Of a stretch of DNA of 64,000 bases, positions 46,723-57,406 are shown piece by piece. Position numbers and translations under genes: made by a program. A model generated the notes under the pieces. That model made no database searches and had not been told where the DNA came from. It saw only the letters and a program-made list of their open reading frames with translations. Every line of letters begins with the position of its first letter. The first letter of the stretch is position 1. Source of the DNA: an uncultured Balneolaceae bacterium (lineage in GTDB: Bacteria; Bacteroidota; Rhodothermia; Balneolales; Balneolaceae); the NCBI GenBank assembly GCA_964415185.1, contig CAYPZI010000004.1, positions 340 to 64,339 on the forward strand, written 5' to 3'.

Positions 46723-47727
46723 TTACATCCCCCATTTTAAGTACATAGCACCCCAGGTAAATCCCCCACCGAAGGACGCCAATATCAATTTATCACCGGT
46801 ACTCAACTGATCCTTCCAGTCATACAAGCATAGTGGAATGGTAGCGGCAGTTGTATTTCCATATTTGTTAATGTTAATCATCACTTTTTCTTTATCGAGG
46901 CCCATTCGCCGGGCTGTAGCATCGATAATCCTCAGATTTGCCTGGTGTGGCACAAGCCACGATATATCATCGGCGGTAAGGTTATTTCTTTCCATAATTT
47001 CGAGAGACACATCCGCCATTCCTTCGGTAGCTTTTTTGAATACAGCCCGTCCATCCTGTTTCAGGTAATGCATTTTGTTTTTAACAGTTTCAACCGTTGT
47101 GGGATTCATGCTTCCGCCGGCCGGCTGGTTTAGCGAGCAGTTTTGATCGGCTTCCACATGATGTACAAAATCTACAATGCCATTCTCATCATCCGATGCC
47201 TCAAGCAAAACTCCTGCCGCTGCGTCTCCAAATAGAATACAGGTAGTACGATCCGTAAAATCGGTAATGGAGCTCATTTTATCCGACCCGATGACCAAAA
47301 CCTTGCCCGACCGTCCCGATTCGATCAGTGTTGAACCAACGGAAAGGGCATATAAAAAACCGGAACAGGCGGCTGACAAATCAAAAGCATACGCATTGTC
47401 AGCGCCGATATTTCCCTGCACCAGGCAGGCAGTAGCAGGAAACAAATAGTCTGGGGTAACCGTAGCAACGATAATGGTATCGATTTCCGATGGATCAGTC
47501 CCGGAATTTTCCAGGATTTCTTCAGCTACATTGGAGGCCATAAATGCAGTGGCTTTATCGGAATCCTTTAAAATTCGTCTTTCTGATATTCCTGTCCTGC
47601 TTTTGATCCATTCGTCATCGGTATCTACCATTTTTTCCATTTCGGCATTTGTCAGTATATACTCCGGTAAATATCTTCCCAAAGCAGTGATCTTTGCAGT
47701 TTTTAAAGCCATGTTAACCGGATCCAA
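46723..47727 (-). CDS. fabH: 3-oxoacyl-ACP synthase III
   Basis: 334 aa. AKITALGRYLP, DLSAACSGF, HQANLRI, GNTTAATIP. The start may be the internal Met at 47712. Confidence 0.94.
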   Translation of the reverse strand: MDPVNMALKTAKITALGRYLPEYILTNAEMEKMVDTDDEWIKSRTGISERRILKDSDKATAFMASNVAEEILENSGTDPSEIDTIIVATVTPDYLFPATACLVQGNIGADNAYAFDLSAACSGFLYALSVGSTLIESGRSGKVLVIGSDKMSSITDFTDRTTCILFGDAAAGVLLEASDDENGIVDFVHHVEADQNCSLNQPAGGSMNPTTVETVKNKMHYLKQDGRAVFKKATEGMADVSLEIMERNNLTADDISWLVPHQANLRIIDATARRMGLDKEKVMININKYGNTTAATIPLCLYDWKDQLSTGDKLILASFGGGFTWGAMYLKWGM

Positions 47728-48711
47728 TTAATTTAAAGATGATATAATCTTATCATTTACATTCTGTTTTACAAATTTTGCGGCATTTAAAATCATATTT
47801 TTAATGGCAACCGGCGTACTCCCGCCATGTCCCACCATGCTAACACCGTTTACACCGAGAAAAGGCACACCTCCCACATGTTCATAATTAAAGGAGTCTA
47901 AAGCTCCGGACACAGTTGAAATAATCTTCCGCTGTAGTTCTTTAGCAGTGTTGTTTTTTTTAAACTGATCTTTCATCAGAAAATGAAGTGTTTCTGGAAA
48001 TGATTCGCCAAATTTGAGAAGTATATTGCCAACCATCCCATTACAGAGGAAAATATCTGTTTCAGCTTTAAAAATATCCTTGCCTTCAATATTTCCGCTG
48101 AAATTTGAACATTCCTTTAATAACAGATGAGCTTCTTTAAGTATCTCCGTACCTTTTTCCGGTTCATGCCCTACATTCAACAAGCCAACAGTCGGATCCG
48201 GGATTTGCATAACTTCTCTTGCATAAACCGTAGCCATAACGGCAAACTGAACATAAAATTCAGGTTTCAGGTCAAGGTTAGCTCCCGCATCTACCAGCAC
48301 CCTGAATCCTTTTACGGTTGGAAACATGGCTGCGATGGTTGGCCTGAAAACTCCTTCAAGCTTACCAAGAAGCAAGGTGGATGCAGCCAGCAAGGCTCCC
48401 GTATTCCCGGCACTGACAAAAGCATCGCACATCCCTTCCTTTTGTGTTGCAATACCTTTTACGATGGATGAATTTATCTTGGATTTTACGGCAGATGCCG
48501 GTGATTCGTCCATTAAAATAATTTCAGAAGCGTGCAGTATTGAAATCCTGCTTTTATCACCATTTGACTTCTCCAGCTCTTCCTCTATCATTTGTTCCGG
48601 ACCAACCAAGATCACCTGCAACTCTTTATCATGGCTACAGGCATCAATTGCCCCTAAAACCGGATTTTTCGGGTAAAAGTCCCCCCCTACAGCGTCAACA
48701 GCGATTTTCAT
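47728..48711 (-). CDS. plsX: Phosphate acyltransferase PlsX
   Basis: 327 aa. KIAVDAVGGD start and SAGNTGALLA motif. Confidence 0.94.
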   Translation of the reverse strand: MKIAVDAVGGDFYPKNPVLGAIDACSHDKELQVILVGPEQMIEEELEKSNGDKSRISILHASEIILMDESPASAVKSKINSSIVKGIATQKEGMCDAFVSAGNTGALLAASTLLLGKLEGVFRPTIAAMFPTVKGFRVLVDAGANLDLKPEFYVQFAVMATVYAREVMQIPDPTVGLLNVGHEPEKGTEILKEAHLLLKECSNFSGNIEGKDIFKAETDIFLCNGMVGNILLKFGESFPETLHFLMKDQFKKNNTAKELQRKIISTVSGALDSFNYEHVGGVPFLGVNGVSMVGHGGSTPVAIKNMILNAAKFVKQNVNDKIISSLN

Positions 48712-48726
48712 TATAAATAAATCCCG

Positions 48727-48906
48727 TTATCTGGTTACATCGAGTACTTGCCTTCCACGATAATAACCACACTCCATACAAACATGATGATGCCGATGCA
48801 ATGCACCACAATTGGAGCACTCGGTTAGCGGAACATCAGCAATCTTGTGGTGCGAACGACGCTTGTCACGTCTTGCTTTGGATGTTTTTCTTTTTGGATG
48901 TGCCAT
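48727..48906 (-). CDS. rpmF: 50S ribosomal protein L32
   Basis: Not in the ORF track (59 aa). My translation is MAHPKRKTSKARRDKRRSHHKIADVPLTECSNCGALHRHHHVCMECGYYRGRQVLDVTR. Canonical yceD-rpmF-plsX synteny. Confidence 0.93.
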   Translation of the reverse strand: MAHPKRKTSKARRDKRRSHHKIADVPLTECSNCGALHRHHHVCMECGYYRGRQVLDVTR

Positions 48907-48926
48907 TCGATTCTAAATTATGATGT

Positions 48927-49442
48927 TTAATTTTCTGTTTTTAATTTTTTAAGAGCTTCCCACCTTGGGTCAATACTGTCTTCATCCTGTTCGGAATCAC
49001 CAAATTTTTTCACTTCAAAATCTTTAGCTTTGCCTTTGCTGTCAACAAATTTCGGATGCAATTTTTTTACAGGAATTTGAAGCAGGATTGTATCCCTGAC
49101 CTCGTTTTCAATATTTAATTCAAGTGACGGTGGTATCGGTTTAACCGCTGATTTTTCAGAAATCACAATTTCGGTTTCATCAGCACTGTATACAACTTTG
49201 TACGATCCGCTGATGGTTTTTGAAAACTCTTCCAATGACCTGTCACATATAAGTTTCAAATCTGCCCGGACATCAAAATTGATATCGATAAACCTTTCGG
49301 ATTTAAAAAAACGTACATCAATTTCAGCTTGTTGAAGAAATGAATCGTCAAAATCCAGATCATCTTCGGATAAATATATACTTTCGGTGCTTTCACCATC
49401 CGGTATATTTTGAATCTGAAATTGTAGATTTTTTTCTTCCAC
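48927..49442 (-). CDS. yceD: YceD/DUF177 family protein
   Basis: 171 aa, acidic. Conserved position upstream of rpmF. Confidence 0.8.
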   Translation of the reverse strand: MEEKNLQFQIQNIPDGESTESIYLSEDDLDFDDSFLQQAEIDVRFFKSERFIDINFDVRADLKLICDRSLEEFSKTISGSYKVVYSADETEIVISEKSAVKPIPPSLELNIENEVRDTILLQIPVKKLHPKFVDSKGKAKDFEVKKFGDSEQDEDSIDPRWEALKKLKTEN

Positions 49443-49483
49443 GACAGCTTATAAAAATAGAAAGATATGTAATCGAAAGCAAT

Positions 49484-50116
49484 TCAGTTAAAAAGTCCGA
49501 ACAGCCTTTGTTCAATCAGATTGATAACCGTACCCAAATCTTCTTTACTATTCACAAAATCCAGATCGTCCGTATCAATAATTAATTTCTGATGCTGATA
49601 TCTGTCAATCCAGTTTTCATAAAGTTTATTCAGGCGTTCAAGGTAATCGATACGGATGGAATTTTCATACTCCCTGCCTCTTTGCTGGATTTGCCTTACC
49701 AGTGTTGGCACCTGTGCCCTCAAATAGATCAGCAAATGGGGAGGTTCCAGAAAAGCCGTCATTTCCCTGAAAAGGGTCTGGTAATTATTATAATCCCTTT
49801 CACTCATCAATGCCATGTCATACAAGTTCCTGGCAAATATTTCTGCATCTTCGTAAATGGTCCTGTCCTGGATAAGGCTTTTCGGGTTCGCAAGCAATTT
49901 TTTATGATGGTTGAAACGGCTCGAAAGAAAGTATATCTGAAGATTAAAACTCCATCTCCGCATATCTTCGTAAAAATCAGAGAGGTAAGGGTTGTCATCT
50001 ACCGATTCATAATAGGCATCCCACCCGAAATGCTTTGCCAACAACCCGGTAAGTGATGACTTTCCTGCCCCGATATTGCCGGCTACGGCTATAAATTTAA
50101 ACTTTTTATCTCCCAT
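49484..50116 (-). CDS. Deoxynucleoside kinase
   Basis: 210 aa. P-loop GNIGAGKSS, DRTIYED and YLRA motifs. Confidence 0.88.
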   Translation of the reverse strand: MGDKKFKFIAVAGNIGAGKSSLTGLLAKHFGWDAYYESVDDNPYLSDFYEDMRRWSFNLQIYFLSSRFNHHKKLLANPKSLIQDRTIYEDAEIFARNLYDMALMSERDYNNYQTLFREMTAFLEPPHLLIYLRAQVPTLVRQIQQRGREYENSIRIDYLERLNKLYENWIDRYQHQKLIIDTDDLDFVNSKEDLGTVINLIEQRLFGLFN

Positions 50117-50128
50117 TGATTTTCCCTG

Positions 50129-51421
50129 TCATCCATTTTTGCCAAGAATGCGATACATTGCCTTCTTGTAATTTTCAACACCGGGTTGATTAAAAGGATT
50201 AACCCCAAGCATATATACATAAACAGCGGTAAACATCTCATAAAAATAGATTAATTCCCCGATCTGTTGTTCATTCAGTTTGTCGATTTGAATTCGGATT
50301 AAAGGCACGCCGCCTTCAATATGAGCTTCACAGGTTCCTTTTTGGGCACTTCTGTTTATTTCGTGAAAGGATTTACCTGCAAGGTAGTTCAGCTCATCCG
50401 TATTATCTTCGGTTTCAGGGACAATCAAATTGGCAATTGGATTTTCAATCGAAAGTATTGTTTCCATCGCATTCCGCCTTCCCTGTTGAATCATCTGGCC
50501 TATACTGTGCAGATCCGTTGAAAAAGAAGCAACAGCGGGAAAGATGCCTTTTCCGTCTTTACCCTCACTCTCACCCAAAAGCTGCTGGATCCACTGGGTG
50601 ATGCCTTTTAATTCGGGTTCAAACGAACTAATAATATCCAAATCCGTGCGGTTATTCTGCAGTATATACCTGATAGATGCGTATTCGAGTAACTCTTCAT
50701 GACCGGTTTCCAGTTTCTCATATTCATGTACTGCACCGTAATAAAGGGTCTGGATATCGATTCCTGCTACCGCTATTGGCAGCAGGCCTACCGGGGTCAA
50801 AACCGAATATCGTCCCCCGATGTCATCCGGAATTATGTATTTTTTATATCCTTCCGCTTCAATTAGTTTATTTAGTATCCCTTTTTCCCTGCTGGTAGTT
50901 GCGATAATTCTTTTGCGGGATTCTTCTCCATATTTTTCTTTGAGCCATTCCCTCAATAACCTGAAAGAGAGTGCGGTTTCAAGAGTTGTTCCTGATTTCG
51001 AAATTACATTCAAATAAACACTTTTTTCAGTACCATCAGGATTTGGCTGGTCAAGAATCCTGATCAGTTCCTTGAGATAACGGCCGCTCATGTGATGCCC
51101 TGCGTAGATTATATCAGGCTTTTTACGCCTCAAAGCGGGTTTCAGGGATTCAATCACGGCTTTGGCTCCAAGATAGGACCCGCCTATACCGCATAGTATA
51201 AATATATCCGCTTTTTCCCTTATTTCTTCTGCCAGGCTCGATATTTCATCGATTTCCGCATCATTGGGATGCTTCATAATACGCCGCCAGCCCAACCACT
51301 CGGAACCAAGCCCAGTTCCCGACTGAACCAGTTTCAATGCATTTTCGGCTACGAGTTTTGTATTTGAAAGTTCGCCTTTGCTTATAAAATTTAGTGCACC
51401 GCTTACGTCTGTTCGGATCAT
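50129..51421 (-). CDS. pgi: Glucose-6-phosphate isomerase (short type)
   Basis: 430 aa. DDIGGRYSVLTPVG PGI signature, SKSGTTLET. Confidence 0.92.
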   Translation of the reverse strand: MIRTDVSGALNFISKGELSNTKLVAENALKLVQSGTGLGSEWLGWRRIMKHPNDAEIDEISSLAEEIREKADIFILCGIGGSYLGAKAVIESLKPALRRKKPDIIYAGHHMSGRYLKELIRILDQPNPDGTEKSVYLNVISKSGTTLETALSFRLLREWLKEKYGEESRKRIIATTSREKGILNKLIEAEGYKKYIIPDDIGGRYSVLTPVGLLPIAVAGIDIQTLYYGAVHEYEKLETGHEELLEYASIRYILQNNRTDLDIISSFEPELKGITQWIQQLLGESEGKDGKGIFPAVASFSTDLHSIGQMIQQGRRNAMETILSIENPIANLIVPETEDNTDELNYLAGKSFHEINRSAQKGTCEAHIEGGVPLIRIQIDKLNEQQIGELIYFYEMFTAVYVYMLGVNPFNQPGVENYKKAMYRILGKNG

Positions 51422-51430
51422 ACTGATTTT

Positions 51431-52399
51431 TTACCTGAGTAGTTTTGCAAGTTCAAGGAGCTCAAAATTGATGTCTTTTTTCTTTCCATAAGTCATTCTC
51501 AAAGGGGTAATTTTTATTGATTTATTGACAATTCCAACCATCACCTGAGAATGCCCTTCTAGTAATGTTCTAACGGCTGCCGCTCCCAGCCGGCTGGCCA
51601 GAACACGGTCTCTTGCCGTGGGGTTACCGCCTCTCTGGATATGTCCGAGAATGGTAACTCTCATTTCGTATTTTTCAAAGTCAGGCCGGATTTTCTCAGC
51701 CAGTTTCAGTGCACCTCCGGTTTCATCTCCCTCGGCGATTACAACTATACTTGAACGCCTCTGATTCTTTAAAACAGTTTTTAGAGAGTTTCGCACTTCA
51801 TCAACGTCTGTCAGTGATTCAGGCAGGAGAATTAGCTCGGCTCCGACCGATATCCCCGTTTCAAGTGCAATAAAGCCTGCATCACGTCCCATTACTTCCA
51901 CCAGGAAAAGCCTGTCGTGGGCATCGGCTGTATCACGAACTTTATCGATGGCCTCAACGGCGGTATTGAGTGCCGTATCATAACCGATGGTTTCATCTGT
52001 ACCGACCAGGTCATTATCGATTGTTCCGGGCACACCTATTACACAGGTGCCATGTTCCTGGCTTAGTAATGTAGCCCCCTGAAATGTACCATCACCGCCA
52101 ATAACAATCAGGCCATCAATTTTTTCTTTCTTAAGTACTTTTGCGGCTTTCTTTCTACCCTCTTTAGTCCGGAATTCTTCCGATCTTGCAGATTTCAGTA
52201 CGGTGCCCCCTCGCTGAATGATATTGGAGACAGTTGTGTTTTCTATTTCTTTTACATCGCCCTCAATCAGGCCCTGGTATCCCCTGGTGATTGCTTTGAT
52301 TTGAAGATTATTAGAAAGAGCAGTCCTGACGGCAGCCCTGAACGCAGCATTCATACCGGGGGCATCACCGCCACTTGTTAAAATTGCAATTGTTTTCAA
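51431..52399 (-). CDS. pfkA: ATP-dependent 6-phosphofructokinase
   Basis: 322 aa, TTG start. TSGGDAPGMNAA, GGDGT, PGTIDND. Confidence 0.95.
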   Translation of the reverse strand: MKTIAILTSGGDAPGMNAAFRAAVRTALSNNLQIKAITRGYQGLIEGDVKEIENTTVSNIIQRGGTVLKSARSEEFRTKEGRKKAAKVLKKEKIDGLIVIGGDGTFQGATLLSQEHGTCVIGVPGTIDNDLVGTDETIGYDTALNTAVEAIDKVRDTADAHDRLFLVEVMGRDAGFIALETGISVGAELILLPESLTDVDEVRNSLKTVLKNQRRSSIVVIAEGDETGGALKLAEKIRPDFEKYEMRVTILGHIQRGGNPTARDRVLASRLGAAAVRTLLEGHSQVMVGIVNKSIKITPLRMTYGKKKDINFELLELAKLLR

Positions 52400-52527
52400 T
52401 TGGTTGAATATATTGTTAGCATTAATGGTTGAGAAAGAATAAAACTAATCAGCCTTTTTACATAGCGCAAATAATTATTCCGTAAATTAATTAAATTTGA
52501 TCTCTACTTTGCAGTAAATTAAAATAA

Positions 52528-53541
52528 ATGTCTGACGAGACTATAATCCAAGAACATCTGAAAAATCCCTCCTCCACCTCCCTTAAGGAAGTCACGGAGC
52601 CGGTACAATCTAACCTCGAAATTTTCAGAACGTTTTTTAAAAATGAAATCAGCAGCGATGTTGTATTGCTGGATCAGATCATCAGGTACCTTTTGAGGCA
52701 AAAAGGTAAGGAAATTCGGCCTACTTTGGTATTGATGAGTGCGAGAATGTTCGGGGATATTTCCACACGCAGTTATGTTGCAGCAACCATGATTGAGCTG
52801 TTGCACACCGCCACGCTTATTCATGACGATGTAGTAGATGAAGCCGACAAACGCAGGGGGTTTCTGAGCATTAATAAAATCTGGAAAAATAAGGCCGGTG
52901 TCCTCCTTGGTGATTTTTTGCTTTCAAAGGGATTGCTGATTGCACTTGAGCACGAAGAGTATCAGCTACTTCAGGTACTCTCTGATTCGGTGAAAAAAAT
53001 GAGTGAAGGAGAGCTTCGCCAGCTTAAAACTTCCAAGCTTTTTAATATGACGGAAGACCGCTACTATCAAATTATTTCGGAAAAGACAGCCAGCTTAATT
53101 GCAGCTTGCTGCCAGTGTGGTACTATTACTGCAACAGGTGACCGAAAAAAACAGCAGGCTATGTACGAAATCGGAATGGACATTGGAATGGCTTTTCAAA
53201 TCAAAGACGACCTGTTTGATTACGGGCTTGATGATGTGGGAAAACCCAAACGAAATGATATCAAGGAGAGAAAGGTAACCCTTCCCCTTATTAAAGCGAT
53301 GCAGAAAGCAGGAAAGGCTTCATTGCTTGCCAGAAAACTCATGAGAAAACAGTCTAAGTCACAAAATGATATCGACAAAATCGTATCTTTTGTTCACGAA
53401 TATAACGGGCTCGAAATGGCAAAAAAGGAGATGATGATTTTTTCCGAGAGGGCTGTTAATCGTTTAAACACCCTTGATATTGAACAGGGGCAGGATGATT
53501 TTGAAGCTCTCGTTAGCTTTATCATCAACAGAAAAAAATAA
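52528..53541 (+). CDS. ispB: Polyprenyl diphosphate synthase (IspB-like)
   Basis: 337 aa. Asp-rich motifs LIHDDVVDEADKRRG and QIKDDLFD. Confidence 0.9.
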   Translation: MSDETIIQEHLKNPSSTSLKEVTEPVQSNLEIFRTFFKNEISSDVVLLDQIIRYLLRQKGKEIRPTLVLMSARMFGDISTRSYVAATMIELLHTATLIHDDVVDEADKRRGFLSINKIWKNKAGVLLGDFLLSKGLLIALEHEEYQLLQVLSDSVKKMSEGELRQLKTSKLFNMTEDRYYQIISEKTASLIAACCQCGTITATGDRKKQQAMYEIGMDIGMAFQIKDDLFDYGLDDVGKPKRNDIKERKVTLPLIKAMQKAGKASLLARKLMRKQSKSQNDIDKIVSFVHEYNGLEMAKKEMMIFSERAVNRLNTLDIEQGQDDFEALVSFIINRKK

Positions 53542-53547
53542 GCTCAC

Positions 53548-54333
53548 ATGGATTATATCTTCATATCTGATGTGCATTTAGGGGCATTTGACGACGAAAA
53601 AAACAGGCGGATTGAAAAGGATTTAATAGGTCTGATTGATTTTTGTGACGAAAAAAATATCACACCTGTACTGCTAGGCGATATTTTTGATTACTGGATG
53701 GAATTCCCGTTCATTATTCCCGATATCGGAACGGCGTTGTTAAACAGGTTCCGGAAATTTAACAGAAACCGCCAACCTGTCATATACATAACCGGCAACC
53801 ACGATAACTGGACAAACGGATATTTTAAAAATTCCGGGTTTGATGTTGAACACGAATACCGGCTCTTGAATTTCGAAAATAAAAAGATCTTACTGCTTCA
53901 CGGTGATGGCCTTTCCGACAGAAAATTTCAGCTTCCCCGGCCTGCTTTTCACCGAATCATCAGGAACAAGATATTCGTAAAATTTTTTCAATCGGTTCTC
54001 TCCCCTAAAACTGCACTCGGGGTAATGAAAAAGTTTTCATCTTACAGCAGAAAAAAAGAATCCAATAATGTTGAAAAACTCAACAACTGGGCGAAAGACA
54101 TACTGAATAACTCTGAAATTGATTACATTTTAAGCGGACACGATCATATTCCAAGAAAGGAAACATTTAGAGGAGGATTCTATTTAAATGGTGGCGCTTT
54201 CAGTGAAAACAACAGTGTAATTTATTACTCAAATAAAGAATTCTCAATGGTTACCTGGAATACAATTAACAGGACTTTAGAGCCGTTAAATAAAACTGAT
54301 GAATATAATCCTCTTGAATTAATCAATGAATAA
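53548..54333 (+). CDS. Calcineurin-like metallophosphoesterase, LpxH-like (UDP-2,3-diacylglucosamine hydrolase candidate)
   Basis: 261 aa. ISDVHLG, LLGDIFDYW, GNHDNW, LLHGDG. Confidence 0.7.
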   Translation: MDYIFISDVHLGAFDDEKNRRIEKDLIGLIDFCDEKNITPVLLGDIFDYWMEFPFIIPDIGTALLNRFRKFNRNRQPVIYITGNHDNWTNGYFKNSGFDVEHEYRLLNFENKKILLLHGDGLSDRKFQLPRPAFHRIIRNKIFVKFFQSVLSPKTALGVMKKFSSYSRKKESNNVEKLNNWAKDILNNSEIDYILSGHDHIPRKETFRGGFYLNGGAFSENNSVIYYSNKEFSMVTWNTINRTLEPLNKTDEYNPLELINE

Positions 54334-56614
54334 CAATAAGGATTTCGATAAGGAGCGGTATTTTAATGATCCCGAATATAGAAATGAGATCCGGGAAAAA
54401 AGGAAAAAGAATCATTTGCCTTCGAAAATAAAAACTACTTTACTTTCAATCGTTGGCATTATTTTTTTGGCAGCAGGCGGATACCTGATTTATCTCGTGA
54501 ACGGGCTGCCTTCCATCCAGGAACTTGAAAACCCTGAAACCGCGATTGCTTCGGTAGTAAAAAGCCGTGACGGCGCTATACTTGATCGATTTTTTGTAGA
54601 AAACCGGACGTGGGTCCGCTATGAAGAAATATCGCCGAATGTAATCAACGCACTTGTAGCCACCGAAGATCACCGTTTTTACGAGCACTGGGGGATGGAT
54701 ATGGTTCGCACCCTGGCAATTCCCTACCATATCCTGAGAGGCAATCCCCAGGGTGGCTCAACAATAAGCCAGCAGCTTGCCAGAAATCTCTATAGAAAAA
54801 TCGGAAGGGAATTTTCCATTACCCGGAAATTAAGGGAGATGATAACAGCCATACAGATCGAGCAAAACTATACGAAGAGAGAAATCATAGAAATGTATTT
54901 GAATACGGTTGAGTATAGTAACAGTGCTTTTGGAATTGAATCGGCTGCTCAAACACACTTCAGTAAACCTGCAAGTGATTTAAACCTTCCCGAAGCTGCC
55001 ACACTTATTGGGGTTTTGCAGGCAGTATCTGCATACAATCCCCGATTTCACCCTGAGAGGTCGCAAGCCCGCCGGAATATTGTTCTCAGGCAGATGCTTA
55101 AAAGAGGATTTATCACGGAAGAAATTTATCAAAACCTTGCTGATGAACCGATTGTTCTTAATTACAATCCACCATCCAAATCAAACAGGGAGAGCCGTTA
55201 CTTCGGTGAATATGTAAGGCTGAGAGTTCAGGATTGGGCGGAAAAAAACGGGTTCGACCTCAACAAAGACGGGCTCACGATTCACACTACCATTGATTCA
55301 AGAATGCAACGGCATGCTGAAAGAGCGCTTCGTGAAAAACTGGATTCACTGCAGGTTTTATTTGAAAAAGAGTGGACATCACCCGGCGGAGATTACATGG
55401 ATAAACTATGGAAAGAATATCCGCAGTTTCTTAACAGTTTTATCAGGGAAACCGACCGGTATAAAAATGCTTTTTCGAAATATGAGACCAAACTGGAAAA
55501 GGTTGTTTTCGATTCACTTTATGCCAATGAAGCATTTATAGATTCCGTTAAAAAAGCAAATACAAGGCTCCAGGCAAGTTTTACTGCAATTGACCCGAAT
55601 AACGGCAGCATTTTAGCATGGATAGGCGGCGGAGATTTCGGCAATAAACAATTTGACCATGTGTATCAGTCGCGCCGGCAGGCGGGCTCTACATTTAAAC
55701 CTTTTGTATATGCCATAGCTATTGATAACGGCTACATGCCTTATCATAAATTTTCGAAGTATCCCACCAAATTCTTCGACCGGTCCGGCCAGGTTTGGGA
55801 TCCTAAAGACCCGTCTATTCCCGAAGGCCCTGAGATGGTAAGTATTCGCGAAGGCCTTGCACGAAGCCTTAACAATGTTACAGTAAGGCTGCTGCCCGAA
55901 ATAGCAGGTGCCCCCGGCACGAACCGCCTGCAGGATCTTGACCCTGCCGCTCGGCGAATCAAGGAGATGGCCCAGAGTTTCGGAATTAATATGAACAATA
56001 CGAGGGCATACCCCTCTATTGCATTGGGTACCGCAGAGGTTTCGCTGCTGGACCTGGTAAGCGCTTATACAACCTTCGTAAACAAAGGGGTCCACATTGA
56101 CCCGATTGCCATTACCCGCATCGAAGATAAAGAGGGAAATGTGCTTGTGGAATATTTTCCGGAGTATACCGGTGAGGTTATCAGCCCGGAAACCGCCTAC
56201 ATCATGATTGATCTGATGAGGGGAGTTATCCGGGGCGGTGAAGATTTTTACGGCACAGGTGTCCGGCTTCGAAATGGTTATAATGTACAACAGGATGTAG
56301 CCGGCAAAACAGGTACAACGCAAAACAGTTCGGATAACTGGTTTGTGGCTATGATGCCTCATATAGTGATGGGGGCCTGGGTAGGCGGCGAAGACTACCG
56401 GCTCCGGTTCCCAAACAGCAACGGAATCGGGCAGGGTGCAAGATCCGCTCTACCGATTGTAGGACAGTTTATCAATTATGCCACTTCAAATGAGAATACT
56501 CCATGGAGTTACAGGGGTTTCGAGCCCCCGCCGGGATTTGTTATGCCGGAAGACCCCGAAAAAGATGGCAGCGAGGTTGTCAGTGACGAGAAAAAAGGCC
56601 GGATTGGCTGGTAG
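54326..56614 (+). CDS. mrcA: Bifunctional class A penicillin-binding protein (PBP1A)
   Basis: 762 aa. GT51 motif EDHRFYEHWGMD and RKxxE. Transpeptidase motifs STFKP, SLN, KTGTT. Confidence 0.95.
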   Translation: MNNNKDFDKERYFNDPEYRNEIREKRKKNHLPSKIKTTLLSIVGIIFLAAGGYLIYLVNGLPSIQELENPETAIASVVKSRDGAILDRFFVENRTWVRYEEISPNVINALVATEDHRFYEHWGMDMVRTLAIPYHILRGNPQGGSTISQQLARNLYRKIGREFSITRKLREMITAIQIEQNYTKREIIEMYLNTVEYSNSAFGIESAAQTHFSKPASDLNLPEAATLIGVLQAVSAYNPRFHPERSQARRNIVLRQMLKRGFITEEIYQNLADEPIVLNYNPPSKSNRESRYFGEYVRLRVQDWAEKNGFDLNKDGLTIHTTIDSRMQRHAERALREKLDSLQVLFEKEWTSPGGDYMDKLWKEYPQFLNSFIRETDRYKNAFSKYETKLEKVVFDSLYANEAFIDSVKKANTRLQASFTAIDPNNGSILAWIGGGDFGNKQFDHVYQSRRQAGSTFKPFVYAIAIDNGYMPYHKFSKYPTKFFDRSGQVWDPKDPSIPEGPEMVSIREGLARSLNNVTVRLLPEIAGAPGTNRLQDLDPAARRIKEMAQSFGINMNNTRAYPSIALGTAEVSLLDLVSAYTTFVNKGVHIDPIAITRIEDKEGNVLVEYFPEYTGEVISPETAYIMIDLMRGVIRGGEDFYGTGVRLRNGYNVQQDVAGKTGTTQNSSDNWFVAMMPHIVMGAWVGGEDYRLRFPNSNGIGQGARSALPIVGQFINYATSNENTPWSYRGFEPPPGFVMPEDPEKDGSEVVSDEKKGRIGW

Positions 56615-56736
56615 TGTTGTGTCAATTATAATCTGTCGTAAGAAACCCGCAAAGTTTCTTTTCTGAAATGGCATTACGTTAGATAAATAGAAGCAACTCC
56701 GAGATAAAACTTTGCGGGTTTACAGTTGACATGACA
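56612..56736 (-). repeat. Family-A structured intergenic repeat (A3), inverted relative to A2; 103-nt core at 56634..56736
   Basis: 56634..56736 is the exact reverse complement of 4160..4262. Arms at 56643..56657 and 56707..56721. TAGTGTTGTGTCAA (56612..56625) starts at the PBP1A TAG stop. Confidence 0.9.
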
Positions 56737-56770
56737 ATTTTTAAATAAAGATAACTTAATCAGCACTCTC

Positions 56771-57406
56771 ATGGATCATCTTCCGGATTTTGAAGATCGC
56801 TTAAACTTTCTTGGGAAAGAGCTGATCCGAAACATTGTTCAGAATGCAATCTTTAAAAAGATTCCGGCAAATACCGAAATCCTTAACAGTGGCAAATATG
56901 TCTCTTCGGTTCCGATAGTATTAAATGGTATCGTAAAGGTTTTTACCCGTTATGAAGATAAGGAACTCCTTCTTTATTACATCAGGCCCAGTGAAAGCTG
57001 CATTATGTCATTAATTTCAGCAATTAAAAACAGGCCAAGCCAGGTATCGGCAACAACAGAAACAGATACTGACATAGTATTGCTGCCATCTGATAAAATG
57101 GATAAATGGATGAAAGCTTATCCTTCTCTTTATATGCTCTTTATCAATCAATTTCATCTGAGATATTCGGATATGCTTGAAACCATACAGCAGATTCTTT
57201 TTCACAATCTTGAAGAAAGAGTTTTAAACTATCTTGTTGACAGAAAAAATATGTCGCCAGACCCTGAACTCAATTTAACTCACCAAAAAATTGCTACAGA
57301 CCTCGGAACAGCAAGAGAAGTTGTTAGCCGGATCATAAAAAAACTTGAGAACGACAAGAAATTGATACAGTCCGCCAAGGGTATAAAATTTCCCGGCAAG
57401 TTGTGA
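56771..57406 (+). CDS. Crp/Fnr-family transcriptional regulator
   Basis: 211 aa. N-terminal cNMP-binding-like beta-roll and C-terminal HTH (HQKIATDLGTAREVVSRIIKKLE). Confidence 0.85.
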   Translation: MDHLPDFEDRLNFLGKELIRNIVQNAIFKKIPANTEILNSGKYVSSVPIVLNGIVKVFTRYEDKELLLYYIRPSESCIMSLISAIKNRPSQVSATTETDTDIVLLPSDKMDKWMKAYPSLYMLFINQFHLRYSDMLETIQQILFHNLEERVLNYLVDRKNMSPDPELNLTHQKIATDLGTAREVVSRIIKKLENDKKLIQSAKGIKFPGKL

